Shown in pieces: positions 39,212-49,228 of a stretch of DNA of 64,000 bases. Numbering within the stretch: the first letter of the stretch is position 1; each line of letters begins with the position of its first letter. Position numbers and translations under genes: made by a program. The notes below the pieces were generated by a model. The model made no database searches and was not told the DNA's origin. It saw only the letters and a program-made list of their open reading frames with translations. Origin of the DNA: a bacterium (lineage in GTDB: Bacteria; Patescibacteriota; Minisyncoccia; Phycocordibacterales; CALRBL01); the NCBI GenBank assembly GCA_027487075.1, contig JAIYEG010000010.1, positions 47,270 through 111,269 of the forward strand, read 5' to 3'.

Positions 39212-40022
39212 TTAAGACTTGCTAATATCGAAATATTTTGGGATTTCCTGTATAAGCCACTTCCCCATCAAATCCACCACCTTTTTAATAACAGCCCTAT
39301 CAGACACTGGATTGAGAGCAAGGTAAAGCACCTCCCTCATGTCTGGTTCTTTTTCTGGATAGTATTTTGAAAACGTTTCGTAACATCGATAGAGATCACG
39401 GGTATACACACGCTCGCGTTCCATAGTAATTTCAAAACCAACACGCAAGAACCCCTTCATGAGCCAGACACATCCTTTTTTAATCTCTTCTTCAGGCTCA
39501 TCTTTTGCAAGAAACTGTTCAAACCATGTCATTCGATTATGAAAACCCCGTGCATGAATTGCCATTTCTTTACCGGGCTTTAATCGAGGAACAGAAACAG
39601 GGGTACCATATATACACAATGACTGATTGAGGATAATGTAATCGTTTTCAATATCAGAAAGTGGAAATGCCCCCCATCTCAATCCCTGCAACAAAATCAT
39701 ATTTCTTTTCTAAAGAGATCCTCATTTTCTTTTCGATTTCACTTTCTGTGAGATGTTCTGCTGACATATCAACATAGGCGAAAGTATCAATATCAGAAAC
39801 ATCTTTTACCGCTTCCCCTTTTGCAACAGAACCGCGGATATATACATTCTTAAGATGCTCTCCATACAATGTTTTATACATCTCAACCACATCGTGAATT
39901 ACCGGCCTCCATTCTTCTTGAACTTTTTCAAATGATGTCGGATTTATAACATATCCATCAGCATCAATAGCGAAGTATGAACCGGTGGGTTTGATAGCAG
40001 TGTTGTGTTGGGAGGTTTTCAT
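39212..40022 (-). pseudogene. Aminoglycoside-nucleotidyltransferase-like (AadA/LinF-type NTase + helical C-domain) gene split by a frameshift
   Basis: N-terminal ORF 39654-40022 carries the NTase motif RGSVAKGEAVKDVSDIDTF. C-terminal ORF 39212-39700 continues in another frame. The two overlap at a C6 homopolymer (39670-39675). Confidence 0.5.
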
Positions 40023-40177
40023 AGCTCTATTTTACAACACATTTATTATGGGAATACAGTAATAGATATACGTATAAAAATCTGATACCATCCACAATTG
40101 AAACCATCAACCAGAAAGGAATTACATGCAAGAAACTGAATCAACCGGATACATTCGGATACATTCGGATCACAAGC

Positions 40178-40519
40178 GTGCCGAGTGGCGAAGCACCTTT
40201 GAACATTCGAGAAGCGTGGGTGGGGCTCGTTCTACCTTGCGACCCCTATCTCGGCTACTCCGACGGAGGGTTCGAGCGTGGCGTCTTGAGCAAAGCTGCA
40301 ACCCGCAACCGTAGTGGCTTTAGCGTTCCTCAAGACCAAGCTATCGCTATTCTTGAAAAAGAAAAGCCGGAAGCGGCAGCATGGTGGAAAGATCAAGGAT
40401 ACCCGCAAGATGGAGACTACTTTGCCTTTTCTGACACAGAAGCAAAAATCATAAGTGGCGTCACCCATCAGCACATCATCGAAGTCACCGACGAGATGCG
40501 GGGCTATCCATGTCGGTGA
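40178..40519 (+). CDS. Hypothetical protein in a GC-rich islet
   Basis: 113-aa ORF. A tandem 10-bp duplication (ggatacattc x2) sits just upstream, and an antisense ORF competes. Confidence 0.3.
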   Translation: MPSGEAPLNIREAWVGLVLPCDPYLGYSDGGFERGVLSKAATRNRSGFSVPQDQAIAILEKEKPEAAAWWKDQGYPQDGDYFAFSDTEAKIISGVTHQHIIEVTDEMRGYPCR

Positions 40520-40585
40520 ACTTCTCACTCACCCGAGCCACTCTCTATCTAGGGAGTGGCTCTTTTTATGTGCAAAATTCGTTTG

Positions 40586-40673
40586 CGGAAAGGGAGGGAT
40601 TCGAACCCTCGATGAGGTTTCCCCCATGCCGCTTTTCGAGAACGGTACTTTCAACCACTCAGTCACCTTTCCG
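40586..40673 (-). tRNA. tRNA-Ser(CGA)
   Basis: Type II tRNA, D-arm GTGACTGAGTGGTTGAAAG, anticodon loop CTCGAAA, T-arm GGTTCGAATCC. Confidence 0.75.
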
Positions 40674-40741
40674 TGTTATAAAGCCCTTTAACCCTATCAT
40701 TTTTTACTTTTTTGACCAAAAGTGCTATATTTCCCTGACAT

Positions 40742-40816
40742 GGCCCTATCGTCTATCGGTTAGGACACAAGCTTTTCAAGCTTGGAAGCCGGGTTCGACT
40801 CCCGGTAGGGTCACCA
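40742..40816 (+). tRNA. tRNA-Glu(UUC), CCA encoded
   Basis: Acceptor GGCCCTA, anticodon loop TTTTCAA, T-arm GGTTCGACTCC, terminal CCA. Confidence 0.8.
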
Positions 40817-40861
40817 TCATTGACGTTTTTAAATAATAATGATAATATATAAAACGTAATT

Positions 40862-41242
40862 TTGTTAAAAACCAACGAAAGGAACTTTTTGAAAATCAAA
40901 CTGCGAATCGAAATCCGCGGAGCATATCCGCAAAGCAAGGACAACAAAAAACGCCATTACTTCTTGGCAAATGGACTGCTCGAAATCCCCGCCGAGGCGT
41001 TGATGGCAACCCACCTCAATCTCCCGCTGAATGCCAGGGATATCCTCATTCCTCTGAAGAAAGTCATCTATGACGTGAGGAGTGGGTGCCACGACGTTGG
41101 CATAGCAATTGAGTTTCTCGATTACGAAGGAGGCAAATGCGTCTTCGAAGGGCTTAAAGCTTGTCCAGACTTTAATCAGGTGGACAAGTGGGATAAGCCT
41201 GAAACGTGGTTCGTCGTGAAGTGGAAAGAAAACCGCGACTAG
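40862..41242 (+). CDS. Hypothetical protein
   Basis: 126-aa ORF with no recognisable motif. Confidence 0.3.
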   Translation: MLKTNERNFLKIKLRIEIRGAYPQSKDNKKRHYFLANGLLEIPAEALMATHLNLPLNARDILIPLKKVIYDVRSGCHDVGIAIEFLDYEGGKCVFEGLKACPDFNQVDKWDKPETWFVVKWKENRD

Positions 41243-41326
41243 TCAAAGAAGTCGGGGTTAACTAAGCGCTGTTCCGAAAGGGATAGCGCTTTTTTATTTA
41301 CCTACTATAATGAGAGGTAATAATAT

Positions 41327-41503
41327 ATGACCCAAGAAAACCCCAACATCTTTGATGTCGAAGGACAGAAAAAAGTGATCGAATACGCTGCCAAAGTACA
41401 GATGCGTCAGGCGATCAAAACACTCCTTATCATCTTTCCCCTTATATTGCTTTTTGTTGCGGGCATTTTGTATATCGTCTTCAAGTTTGTAAATGTCCTC
41501 TAG
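41327..41503 (+). CDS. Small membrane protein (58 aa, below ORF-track cutoff)
   Basis: ATG at 41327; MTQENPNIFDVEGQKKVIEYAAKVQMRQAIKTLLIIFPLILLFVAGILYIVFKFVNVL with a C-terminal TM. Confidence 0.3.
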   Translation: MTQENPNIFDVEGQKKVIEYAAKVQMRQAIKTLLIIFPLILLFVAGILYIVFKFVNVL

Positions 41504-41588
41504 TTTGACATTTTTTATTTTTGTTTTATTATATATACAAATACGCACCCATGGTGGGTACGTAAGCAACCCTTAAAACAACTCAACC

Positions 41589-41972
41589 TTGAACGAAAAA
41601 CATATACTGGTGATTCAAACGCCAGTTGCCCTACAATTCCTCTTCCCTTCTGCATCGGGACTAAAAGAAGGTGAGTACACCGTCGCGAATACAAGAAACG
41701 TATTCGATCACCTTCTTCCTGATCAACCACAACTTCTCATCATTGGCACTGACGGTGACAGTGGTGTACGGAATGTGGTGGAGGTGACGGAGGCACTCAA
41801 AAAGAAGAAACCTCATCTTGTGGTCGTGGTGTACTCAGTGTGGGAATTCACACGCCCGCTCTTTGATATCATCATCAACAAAGGTGATCTCGGGGCGTCA
41901 GATGCTCTGAAAAAAGCCATCGCGAACTTCTGCGATGGATCACTCCGTGCCAAACTCCCTAACGTTGACTGA
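41589..41972 (+). CDS. Hypothetical protein (possibly a degenerate receiver-like domain)
   Basis: 127 aa. Followed by a strong terminator (gcccgcccacc-ttcat-tggtgggcgg + T-run, 41991-42025). Confidence 0.35.
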   Translation: MNEKHILVIQTPVALQFLFPSASGLKEGEYTVANTRNVFDHLLPDQPQLLIIGTDGDSGVRNVVEVTEALKKKKPHLVVVVYSVWEFTRPLFDIIINKGDLGASDALKKAIANFCDGSLRAKLPNVD

Positions 41973-42033
41973 AACCACACGGCTTCCTGGCCCGCCCACC
42001 TTCATTGGTGGGCGGTTCTTTTTTATTGCTCAT

Positions 42034-42345
42034 TTATTCCCTCACACAAACACAACGATCGTCGAGACGATATCCCGGATTACAAGCGCCAGCATTTTCA
42101 CACGTACGCTTTGTGGTGGTAGTTGCTCCAACCGAGATGTTACGCACTGACTGCGGAGTTGAAGTGCTCGATGTTGCTTGTGTAGTCGTAGTTGTCACTG
42201 TTGTGGTAGACATGATGACACCACCATCTTGTGGATATTGATTTTGATAGCGAGCCGAATTCGGAGAAGAAAGCGTGGTAACAGTAACAGCAAGTATTCC
42301 CAACACTGCGACCGCACCAATGATATATATGTATGATGTTTTCAT
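42034..42345 (-). CDS. Thr-rich secreted small protein
   Basis: Signal peptide and a TTTVTTTTTQATSSTST low-complexity tract. Confidence 0.4.
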   Translation of the reverse strand: MKTSYIYIIGAVAVLGILAVTVTTLSSPNSARYQNQYPQDGGVIMSTTTVTTTTTQATSSTSTPQSVRNISVGATTTTKRTCENAGACNPGYRLDDRCVCVRE

Positions 42346-42393
42346 GTAAATTAGTTATGGACACATTTAATACTTCCTTGTTACACTATACCT

Positions 42394-43041
42394 ATGAACA
42401 TCACCATCACCAAGCTCGGTCATTGCTGCCTCAAAATAAAGATTGACGGCGTCACCTTTCTCACCGACCCTGGCAATTACACCATCGAAGCACAGGAGCA
42501 AGTGACTGACATCGATGCGGTCGTCATCACTCACGAACACACCGACCACTTTCACATTGATTCACTCAAGAAAATTCTTCTTCGCAATCCGAAAGCTCAG
42601 GTGATCACCAACAAGTCAGCAGGAAGCTTTCTTGATGATGAAGGTATTTCATACATTTGTATCGAAGACGCTGACAGCATGCTCTTGAATGGAGTCGAGA
42701 TCTACGGCCATGGCAGCAAACACGCTCCAATATACAAAGACTACGAGCAGGTACAAAACGTTGGCTACATGTTTGGACGCAAGGTCTTCTACCCTGGCGA
42801 CGAGCTCCACGTTCCTCGCAAAGCACCTGTTGATATCTTGGCCTTCCCTGTTGGCGCACCATGGTGCACCATCGGCGATTCAGTGCAGTATGTACTCGAT
42901 GTGAAGCCTCGTGTTGCGTTCCCTGTGCACGATGGCAACCTCATCCGCCACGGTATCACCAACCGTCTCCCTGCCCTTGAATTTCCAAAAGCAGGCATCG
43001 AGTTCCGCGTTCTCGAACTTGGAAAAGAGACTGAATTCTGA
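42394..43041 (+). CDS. MBL-fold metallo-hydrolase
   Basis: HxHxDH motif (THEHTDHFH) and a downstream His. Confidence 0.7.
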   Translation: MNITITKLGHCCLKIKIDGVTFLTDPGNYTIEAQEQVTDIDAVVITHEHTDHFHIDSLKKILLRNPKAQVITNKSAGSFLDDEGISYICIEDADSMLLNGVEIYGHGSKHAPIYKDYEQVQNVGYMFGRKVFYPGDELHVPRKAPVDILAFPVGAPWCTIGDSVQYVLDVKPRVAFPVHDGNLIRHGITNRLPALEFPKAGIEFRVLELGKETEF

Positions 43042-43056
43042 TAGATTTCGCGGTAT

Positions 43057-43128
43057 GCGCGATTAGCTCAGTGGTAGAGCATCGTCTTGACGTGACGAGG
43101 GCCGAAAGTTCGATCCTTTCATCGCGCA
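43057..43128 (+). tRNA. tRNA-Val(GAC)
   Basis: Acceptor GCGCGAT, D-arm GCTCAGTGGTAGAGC, anticodon loop TTGACGT, T-arm GTTCGATCC. Confidence 0.8.
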
Positions 43129-43129
43129 C

Positions 43130-44287
43130 ATGAATATCCTCTCCATCGAAACATCGTGTGATGAGACTGCTGTTGCATTGCTTGCGTGCAAGGGTGATCC
43201 GCGCGACCACACTTTCTCATTCGACATTATCGGCAACGCACTTCATTCGCAGATTGCGTCGCATGAGCAATTTGGGGGCGTGGTGCCCATGCTTGCAAAG
43301 CGCGAACATGCCAAGAATTTGATTCCGCTTTTTCTGAAAGCGATCAAACAACTCGATACCAAAGAAGAAGGAAGGGCTGAGCATGTTGATCTTGCTCACA
43401 TCTTCGGACGCGAGACCGACTTCCTGAATGAATTCATAGAAAAAATAGCGACACTCCCTCGTCCGAACATTGATGCAATCGCCGTCACCGAAGGCCCTGG
43501 TCTTGAACCCGCACTTTGGATGGGAATTATCTTTGCCAAAGCACTTTCAGCAACATTCGACATCCCACTCATCCCCGTCAACCACATGGAAGGACACATT
43601 CTCTCGGTACTTCCTCGTCCCATCGTATTTCCTGCGCTTGCTCTTCTTATTTCCGGAGGTCACACCGAACTTGTCCTCATGAATGAATGGAATGCATACA
43701 AGGTCATCGGTCAGACACGGGACGACGCAGTCGGCGAAGCCTTCGACAAAGTGGCGCGCATGCTCGACCTTCCCTACCCAGGAGGTCCACAGATTTCAAA
43801 ACTTGCCGACATTGCGCGTACCACACAAACCTCAACACCTGAATATATTCTTCCACGCCCCATGATTCACTCGAAGGATTTTGATTTTTCGTTTTCGGGC
43901 ATCAAGACGGCGGTATTGTACGGAATCAAAGAACAGCGCGAAGCAGGAACCGAAACCGCAAAAGAAGTAGTGGCACGTGAATTTGAAGATGCGGTGACCG
44001 AAGTGCTGATATCGAAAACATTCCGAGCAATCGACGAGCACAATATCAAGACACTCATCATCGGTGGTGGAGTGATTTCAAACACACACATTCAGCAAGA
44101 ATTCACCAAAATGGCAGCGTCATACCCCGGACTCACCCTCCTTCTCCCCGACCCCGACCTCCGCACCGACAATGCACTCATGATTGGTATTGCAGGGTAT
44201 GTAAAATACCTCATTTCTCCCCAAAGCTCAGTAGATGAAACGCCAGATCTCAAAGCTCGAGGCAATCTCCGCGTTGGCTCAAAATAA
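43130..44287 (+). CDS. tsaD: tRNA N6-adenosine threonylcarbamoyltransferase
   Basis: Kae1/TsaD N-terminus MNILSIETSCDETAVAL and metal-binding His pair. Confidence 0.88.
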   Translation: MNILSIETSCDETAVALLACKGDPRDHTFSFDIIGNALHSQIASHEQFGGVVPMLAKREHAKNLIPLFLKAIKQLDTKEEGRAEHVDLAHIFGRETDFLNEFIEKIATLPRPNIDAIAVTEGPGLEPALWMGIIFAKALSATFDIPLIPVNHMEGHILSVLPRPIVFPALALLISGGHTELVLMNEWNAYKVIGQTRDDAVGEAFDKVARMLDLPYPGGPQISKLADIARTTQTSTPEYILPRPMIHSKDFDFSFSGIKTAVLYGIKEQREAGTETAKEVVAREFEDAVTEVLISKTFRAIDEHNIKTLIIGGGVISNTHIQQEFTKMAASYPGLTLLLPDPDLRTDNALMIGIAGYVKYLISPQSSVDETPDLKARGNLRVGSK

Positions 44288-44333
44288 GCCTCAAAAATGG
44301 TGCCTGTCCCCTTTTTCTGCTAGAATTGCCGGC

Positions 44334-46478
44334 ATGAACGACACATCTATCGACGACAAATTCCTCAAGCCATACGACCCGGTAGCGACCGAGGCGCCAA
44401 TATACGAAATGTGGGAGAAAAGCGGCTTTTTCAACCCGGATGTGTGTATTAAGGAAGGTATTACCGCACCCGATGCGGAGCCATTTTCAATGGTGCTTCC
44501 TCCTCCGAACGCCACTGGTATTCTCCACCTTGGATCATCTTTGATGTGCACTATCCAGGATATTTATGTCCGCAAAAACCGCATGGCCGGCAAACGTACC
44601 CTCTGGATCCCCGGAACCGACCATGCCGCTATCGCGACACAATCAGTGGTAGAAAAAAAGCTCGACAAAGAAGAAGGACTTCGTCGTCATGATCTTGGTC
44701 GCGAGAAATTACTCGCACGTATTCACGAGTACGTCGAAGGAAGTCGTGCAACTATTCAAAAGCAGATGCGCGCAATCGGCTGTTCACTCGACTGGTCACG
44801 TGAAGCATACACCCTTGATGAAAAGCGTAACAAAGCAGTGAACAAAGTATTCAAGAGCATGTATGATGACGGACTCATCATCCGCAAGCATCGCGTGATC
44901 AACTGGGATCCAAAAGGTCAGACCACCATCTCAGATGATGAAATCGTGCACGAAGAGCGTGATGCGGTGATGTACACGTTCAAATATTCAAAAGAATTCC
45001 CTCTTTCTATTTCAACCACACGACCTGAAACAAAATTCGGAGATGCCGCCGTTGCTGTGCATCCTGATGATGATCGCTACCAGCAGTACGTCGGACAGAC
45101 CTTCAACATCACCTTCCTCGGTGAACCACTCACCATCACCGTCATTGCTGATAAAGAAGTCGATAAAGAGTTTGGAACCGGCGTACTCGGGGTGACACCG
45201 TGCCACAGTGCAACCGACTACGAAATCGCAGAGCGTCACAAGCTCATCGGCGTACAAGTGATCGACGAATACGGAAAGATGATGGTAGGACCGGAGGGTG
45301 TGAAAGGGGTGAAGACCGCAGAAGCTCGCACAAAAGTTGCAGAACTTCTCAAAGATGCAGGTCTTATCGAAAAAGAAGAAACCATCAAACAACATGTAAG
45401 TACCGCAGAACGTTCAGGCGGTATCATCGAACCACTTCCGAAATTGCAGTGGTTTATCGACGTAGACGTGAAGATTCCTTCACGCGGCAACAAAACACTC
45501 AAAGAGCTGATGCTTGAAGCGCCCGTTACGTTCATTCCCGACCGCTTCCGCACTATCTACGAACACTGGATCAATAATCTTCGCCCGTGGTGTATCTCAC
45601 GCCAAATCTGGTTCGGGCATCGCATTCCGGTGTGGTATAGCGAGGATGGCGCCCACCTACATGTTGGGGCTGAAGCACCGACGTCAGAGATGGGCGCCAT
45701 CGAAGGGCGCCATTGGACTCAAGACCCCGACACGCTCGACACGTGGTTCTCATCGGGTCTCTGGACCTTCTCAACGCTCGGCTGGCCAGATCAGACCGAC
45801 GATCTCACAACCTATCACCCCACCACCCTCCTCGAAACGGGAAGCGATCTCGTCTTCTTCTGGGTAGCACGCATGATTCTCATGAGTCAATATGTGATGG
45901 GCGAGATTCCATTCAAAGCTGCATACTTCCATGGTCTCGTACGCGACGAAAAGGGTCGCAAGATTTCAAAATCACTCGGCAACAACATCGATCCTATCGA
46001 CATGGGAAAGAAATACGGCACCGATGCACTTCGCATGTCGCAGATCATCGGCACTCAACCTGGCGCAGACAGCAAAATGTCTGAAGAAAAGATTCGTGCA
46101 TATCAGAAGTTTGCAAACAAGCTCTGGAACATTAGTCGCTATGTATTGAGCGCAGAAAAACCCGCAAGCAGTGAACAAAAAGAAAACGATGCAGCACTTC
46201 TCGAAGAACTCAACTCACTCGCAGCCGACATTACTGCTGACATCGATGCATTTCGACTTCACCTTGCAGGAGAAAAGCTGTATCATTATGTATGGCATCG
46301 TTTTGCTGACATCATCATCGAAGATCACAAGAAAGGTGTGGTGAGCACACAAACACTCACCCACATTCTTGAGAAAAGCCTTACCCTTCTTCATCCCTTC
46401 ATGCCATTTATCACCGAAGAAATCTGGCAATCGATGCATAAGAAGCAGTTGTTGATGGTTGAAAAGTGGCCAGTATAA
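44334..46478 (+). CDS. valS: Valyl-tRNA synthetase (compact form)
   Basis: PPPNATGILHLGSS (HIGH-like), WIPGTDHAAIATQ, and KMSKS (KISKSLGN). Confidence 0.88.
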   Translation: MNDTSIDDKFLKPYDPVATEAPIYEMWEKSGFFNPDVCIKEGITAPDAEPFSMVLPPPNATGILHLGSSLMCTIQDIYVRKNRMAGKRTLWIPGTDHAAIATQSVVEKKLDKEEGLRRHDLGREKLLARIHEYVEGSRATIQKQMRAIGCSLDWSREAYTLDEKRNKAVNKVFKSMYDDGLIIRKHRVINWDPKGQTTISDDEIVHEERDAVMYTFKYSKEFPLSISTTRPETKFGDAAVAVHPDDDRYQQYVGQTFNITFLGEPLTITVIADKEVDKEFGTGVLGVTPCHSATDYEIAERHKLIGVQVIDEYGKMMVGPEGVKGVKTAEARTKVAELLKDAGLIEKEETIKQHVSTAERSGGIIEPLPKLQWFIDVDVKIPSRGNKTLKELMLEAPVTFIPDRFRTIYEHWINNLRPWCISRQIWFGHRIPVWYSEDGAHLHVGAEAPTSEMGAIEGRHWTQDPDTLDTWFSSGLWTFSTLGWPDQTDDLTTYHPTTLLETGSDLVFFWVARMILMSQYVMGEIPFKAAYFHGLVRDEKGRKISKSLGNNIDPIDMGKKYGTDALRMSQIIGTQPGADSKMSEEKIRAYQKFANKLWNISRYVLSAEKPASSEQKENDAALLEELNSLAADITADIDAFRLHLAGEKLYHYVWHRFADIIIEDHKKGVVSTQTLTHILEKSLTLLHPFMPFITEEIWQSMHKKQLLMVEKWPV

Positions 46479-46493
46479 CATCGAACCTTTATC

Positions 46494-47207
46494 ATGGATT
46501 TTTTACACTTACTTTTGTACGCCTCAATCGGCGGCATCATCCCCTGCCTGTTTTGGTTGGTATTTTGGCTACGCGAAACACGTGAACATCCCGAACCACC
46601 TCGCACTGTTCTTGCATGCTTTGTTGCTGGTATGCTTACCACTGTTTTAGTTATCCCTCTCCAGTACCTCGTCACACATGTGTTTGAAAGCTATAGTACC
46701 GAAGCGCTCACTGTATGGGCATTTCTTGAAGAAATCATTAAATTTGCTGCATGCTGGTTTGTTGTCCTCCGCAGACACAAAGATCATGCTCCTATCGATA
46801 TCGTGATCTACATGATTACGATTGCGCTCGGCTTTGCTGCACTCGAAAACACTCTCTATCTCCTTACCCCCCTCTATGATGGCAATATCATAGATACCTT
46901 AATGACCGGAAATATTCGTTTTATTGGATCAACCCTTCTTCACACCGTAGCCTCATCAGTCATCGGAGTCTTTCTTGCATTTGCATACTACAAGCAACCT
47001 CATCTCAAAGAAGAATACGGATTTATCGGTATTTTCATTGCAGGTGTATTGCATACCCTCTTTAATTTTCTTATACTTAGTGAAAGTGGTGCACAGGCTT
47101 TCCTTGCATTCGTGAGCGTATGGTTGTTAGTGATAGTGCTCATTGTTACACTTGAGAAAGTAAAGACCATTACCAATCCTATTAACATCAATACCTCATC
47201 AAACTAA
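46494..47207 (+). CDS. PrsW-family intramembrane protease-like protein
   Basis: Polytopic, with EEIIKF and FAALEN motifs typical of PrsW/CPBP-type proteases. Confidence 0.6.
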   Translation: MDFLHLLLYASIGGIIPCLFWLVFWLRETREHPEPPRTVLACFVAGMLTTVLVIPLQYLVTHVFESYSTEALTVWAFLEEIIKFAACWFVVLRRHKDHAPIDIVIYMITIALGFAALENTLYLLTPLYDGNIIDTLMTGNIRFIGSTLLHTVASSVIGVFLAFAYYKQPHLKEEYGFIGIFIAGVLHTLFNFLILSESGAQAFLAFVSVWLLVIVLIVTLEKVKTITNPININTSSN

Positions 47208-47208
47208 T

Positions 47209-47718
47209 ATGAAAAAGAAATCATTTTTTGAAAGACTGACCGGCGGCGTCGATCTCGATGATGAGTACGAAATCGAAGAAGAGGAAGTCGAGCACACCAA
47301 GCGCATGCAGCCAACCTCTCACCTCAAAGTGAAGGAGGCTTCAAGCTCAAATATGACCGATTGGAGCATCGATGAGGCACATGAAGGCCAACTCACCGTC
47401 GATGTCTACCAAACTCCAAGCCACATCATCATCAAAACGCTCGTTGCTGGCGTGAAGCGCGACGATCTTGATATCTCTATCTCTCGCGACATGGTGACCA
47501 TCAAAGGAAAACGTGAAGAAGAGCGCGGTGTCCAAGACGAAGACTATTTCCACAAGGAATTATACTGGGGTGCATTCTCTCGCACTATCATGCTACCAAG
47601 CGAAATCGATATCGATGGCGCCGAAGCCACCGAAAATCTCGGTATGCTCATCATCAAGCTTCCAAAGATTGATAAAGGAAAGCAGACGAAACTCCGTGTG
47701 ATGAAGTCGTTGAATTAA
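47209..47718 (+). CDS. Hsp20/alpha-crystallin small heat-shock protein
   Basis: Alpha-crystallin domain (VDVYQTPSHIIIKT...KREEER) with an I-x-I-like tail. Confidence 0.85.
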   Translation: MKKKSFFERLTGGVDLDDEYEIEEEEVEHTKRMQPTSHLKVKEASSSNMTDWSIDEAHEGQLTVDVYQTPSHIIIKTLVAGVKRDDLDISISRDMVTIKGKREEERGVQDEDYFHKELYWGAFSRTIMLPSEIDIDGAEATENLGMLIIKLPKIDKGKQTKLRVMKSLN

Positions 47719-47721
47719 CTC

Positions 47722-47814
47722 CAAAAATACCTTTCGAAGACGCGGATATTTTCTTACTAGAAAATTCCTATGCTCGCTCCAAGAGCTCCGCAACATCTTC
47801 TCAAGGTATTTTTG
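47722..47814. repeat. Nested palindromic intergenic element, copy 5
   Basis: Outer IR ccaaaaatacctt / aaggtatttttg around the core GACGCGGATATTTTCTTACTAGAAAATTCCTATGCTCGCTCC.... Starts 3 nt after the hsp20 stop. Confidence 0.75.
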
Positions 47815-47828
47815 TATTTAATTCTCCT

Positions 47829-47875
47829 AACCAAAAATTCTCTAAGGTCACAATTTGTGACCTTAGAGAATTTTT
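47829..47875. terminator. Long perfect palindrome / bidirectional terminator
   Basis: aaaaattctctaaggtcacaa | ttgtgaccttagagaattttt (perfect about-21-bp arms), between the copy-5 element and tRNA-Phe. Confidence 0.55.
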
Positions 47876-47886
47876 GATTTTCGTAG

Positions 47887-47959
47887 TGCCGAGGACCAGA
47901 TTTGAACTGGTGACCCCACGCTCTTCAGGCGTATGCTCTACCAACTGAGCTACCTCGGC
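47887..47959 (-). tRNA. tRNA-Phe(GAA)
   Basis: Acceptor GCCGAGG, D-arm AGCTCAGTTGGTAGAGC, anticodon loop CTGAAGA, T-arm GTTCAAATC. Confidence 0.8.
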
Positions 47960-47964
47960 ATATA

Positions 47965-48258
47965 TTATTGTGGCAAAAACTTATTGAACTTTTCGTTGAT
48001 CTTGGTCTGAGTCGTGATTACTGACTCATAGGTATCGCGCACCCCTTCGTAATACGGCAAGAGGTAGTTATACGCCACCGCCGCACCTCCGAGGAAGATA
48101 CCGATGTAGATAACTCTCCAGATAAACGCCAGTCTATTGGTACGTCGTAGACCCCGTAAAAGCCGGTTATTTTCCTCATTAAGCGCCACATTTCGTTCGA
48201 GCAACTCTTTGATTTCAGGGTCCATACGTAAGGTCAAATATAGCAAAATACTACTCAT
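47965..48258 (-). CDS. Small membrane protein (start uncertain)
   Basis: One TM (LAFIWRVIYIGIFLGGAAVAY). The longer ORF would overlap tRNA-Phe. Confidence 0.3.
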   Translation of the reverse strand: MSSILLYLTLRMDPEIKELLERNVALNEENNRLLRGLRRTNRLAFIWRVIYIGIFLGGAAVAYNYLLPYYEGVRDTYESVITTQTKINEKFNKFLPQ

Positions 48259-49105
48259 TACGCCAGCGGGCGAAGATACCTGCTGGAAGTGAGCGTACAC
48301 CGTCTTTTTCGGGAATAAGAAGCTCGCCGACTTCCACTTTCCCACCTTTCTTTTCGAGTGAAAGAAGGTTATTTCCGTATGCCACAGGCGAATACCCAGC
48401 AGAATATCCATTCACTTGAAAAAAGAGTGCGTCTGATGCAAGAAGGAGTTTTGCGTCTTCAATGAGAGGTAAAAGATGCTCTTCAATGTTCCAGATTTCT
48501 TTTTTAGGGCCATGTCCGTATGCTGGCGGATCCATGATGATTCCCTGATACTTGTTGCCGCGCTTAAGCTCGCGTGCGACAAACTTTTTTACGTCATCGA
48601 CGATCCAACGCACCGGCTTTTCGCGAAGACCCGAAAGCTCTGAGTTCTTGACGGCAACATCGACGATTCCTTGTGATGAATCGACATGTGTCACTTCAGC
48701 ACCTACGGCAAGACATGCGAGCGTAGCGCCGCCAGTGTAAGCAAACAAGTTAAGTACCGACACTTTTTTCCCTTCTCCAACGCGCTTTTCAACAGTTTCG
48801 CGCAGCCATTTCCAGTTTGAAAGGTGTTCAGGAAATACCCCCACATGCTTGAATGAACCGAGCGTGGTTGAAAAGGAAATATCGCCAAATGTGGTCACCC
48901 ACGATTCGGGCATATCCGCATGTTCAATTCGCCATTTTCCTTTACCTGATGATGAGTCAAAACCCGCATCATACTTGTTCCACGCGCCATCTGGAAGCCG
49001 TTTTGGATACAGCGCTTGCGGATCCGGTCGGCGCAACACGAAAGGACCGAAGCGTTCAAGCTTCTCATTTCCCCCTGAATCGATGAGTTCATAGTCGTTT
49101 TTCAT
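48251..49105 (-). CDS. Class I SAM-dependent rRNA methyltransferase (RlmI/RlmK-like)
   Basis: VLNLFAYTGGATLA (motif I) and IIMDPPAYG (motif IV, DPPxY-type). Confidence 0.7.
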   Translation of the reverse strand: MKNDYELIDSGGNEKLERFGPFVLRRPDPQALYPKRLPDGAWNKYDAGFDSSSGKGKWRIEHADMPESWVTTFGDISFSTTLGSFKHVGVFPEHLSNWKWLRETVEKRVGEGKKVSVLNLFAYTGGATLACLAVGAEVTHVDSSQGIVDVAVKNSELSGLREKPVRWIVDDVKKFVARELKRGNKYQGIIMDPPAYGHGPKKEIWNIEEHLLPLIEDAKLLLASDALFFQVNGYSAGYSPVAYGNNLLSLEKKGGKVEVGELLIPEKDGVRSLPAGIFARWRNE

Positions 49106-49228
49106 GTGCCTTCCAGAGTACCATAAAATGTGGTATTGTCACAATCAAATCTCTGCTCTTTCACATAGAGCTAACGTCCCGTCAGACGACCCAAAGACCA
49201 TGCGGGGTAACCATGCCTGCTTTTTGTT

